64,000 nt of DNA, taken from Candidatus Competibacteraceae bacterium. GTDB taxonomy: Bacteria > Pseudomonadota > Gammaproteobacteria > Competibacterales > Competibacteraceae. A program made the translations under genes and the position numbers. The stretch lies in contig JBDHRG010000001.1 of assembly GCA_039807445.1 (NCBI GenBank), positions 3,367 to 67,366 on the forward strand, in the 5' to 3' direction. This document shows positions 63,709 to 64,000 of this stretch, one piece after another. Each line of letters opens with the position of its first letter. Within the stretch, counting starts at the first letter, position 1. The notes beneath the pieces were generated by a model, which had not been told where the DNA came from, made no database searches, and saw only the letters and a program-made list of their open reading frames with translations.

Positions 63709-64000
63709 ATGCAACCCGACGTCGTTCGTCAAGTGAAAAGCAACCCCAAGTACCAGGAACTCGTCGCCAAACGCTCGCGGTTCGGCTGGACGCTGGCCGC
63801 GATCATGCTGGTGATCTACTACGGCTTCATCCTGGTGATCGCGTTCGACAAGTCGCTCCTCGCCGCCAAGCTCGGTGCGACCGGCGTGATGACCGTCGGC
63901 ATCCCGGTCGGCGTGCTGATCATCATCAGCGCCTTCGTGCTGACCGGCATCTACGTCGTCCGGGCCAACTCGGAATTCGACCGCCTGAACAACGACATCG
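63709..64000 (+). CDS. yjcH: DUF485 inner-membrane protein (YjcH-like), truncated by the window end
   Basis: My own translation from ATG 63709 (GAGGG upstream): MQPDVVRQVKSNPKYQELVAKRSRFGWTLAAIMLVIYYGFILVIAFDK...VLTGIYVVRANSEFDRLNNDI. It parallels E. coli YjcH (..FVLTGIYIWRANGEFDRLN..). Not in the ORF track because it runs off the end. Confidence 0.8.
   Translation, partial: MQPDVVRQVKSNPKYQELVAKRSRFGWTLAAIMLVIYYGFILVIAFDKSLLAAKLGATGVMTVGIPVGVLIIISAFVLTGIYVVRANSEFDRLNNDI

Noticed and set aside
63386-63736. ORFs 63386..63694(-) and 63479..63736(+) in the lower-GC region before yjcH.
   Set aside because: No ribosome-binding site and no recognisable motifs. They overlap each other, and the + ORF overlaps the real yjcH start out of frame. 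The region is better explained as the yjcH promoter and leader.

Overview
GC-rich (by eye about two-thirds G+C) proteobacterial chromosomal segment, densely packed with core housekeeping genes. I found no mobile element, prophage, CRISPR array or rRNA. Gene order: carA, dapB, tRNA-Gly(CCC), H-NS-like gene, thiS-thiG-trmB. Then a minus-strand block radA-dnaB-rplI-(membrane protein)-rpsR-rpsF-rlmB-rnr, followed by two tandem tRNA-Leu(CAG). Then a second minus-strand block purA-hisZ-DUF2065-hflC-hflK-hflX-hfq-miaA-mutL-bamC-dapA. From memory, this arrangement is conserved in Pseudomonas-like gamma- and many beta-proteobacteria. Next come gcvR-bcp-phoH2-DUF599, lgt, an AI-2E-family transporter, srkA, a yajG-like gene and a MocR-type regulator. 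An iron cluster follows (bfd, bfr, hemP with Fur boxes), then a divergent response regulator/histidine kinase pair, an aminotransferase and an EamA exporter. After that: the prkA(yeaG)-yeaH-spoVR triad, mepA, a Cys-less ArsC/LMW-PTP-like gene, uspA, a patatin-like lipase and a decayed membrane-anchored methyltransferase. The window ends with motB-motA (sigma28-type promoter), a GntP permease plus orphan binding-protein operon with an adjacent sigma54 activator, a LysR regulator, rapA, a large hybrid histidine kinase and the start of yjcH (DUF485). The many long ORFs antisense to these genes are Arg/Ala/Pro/Gly-rich artefacts of high GC content. I do not see a convincing new multi-gene system; this looks like ordinary core genome. 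The items most worth a second look are: (1) two independent heptanucleotide G3N4 tandem arrays in intergenic DNA; (2) a sigma54-type promoter on the poorly understood prkA-yeaH-spoVR triad; (3) a triple-lesion methyltransferase pseudogene with a G10 tract at the end of the motAB operon; (4) a GntP permease co-transcribed with an orphan periplasmic binding protein under a PAS/sigma54 activator; (5) an ArsC/LMW-PTP homologue lacking the nucleophilic cysteine; (6) a perfect 22-bp-stem hairpin between dapB and carA. All promoter, operator and terminator calls are pattern matches by eye and are untested.
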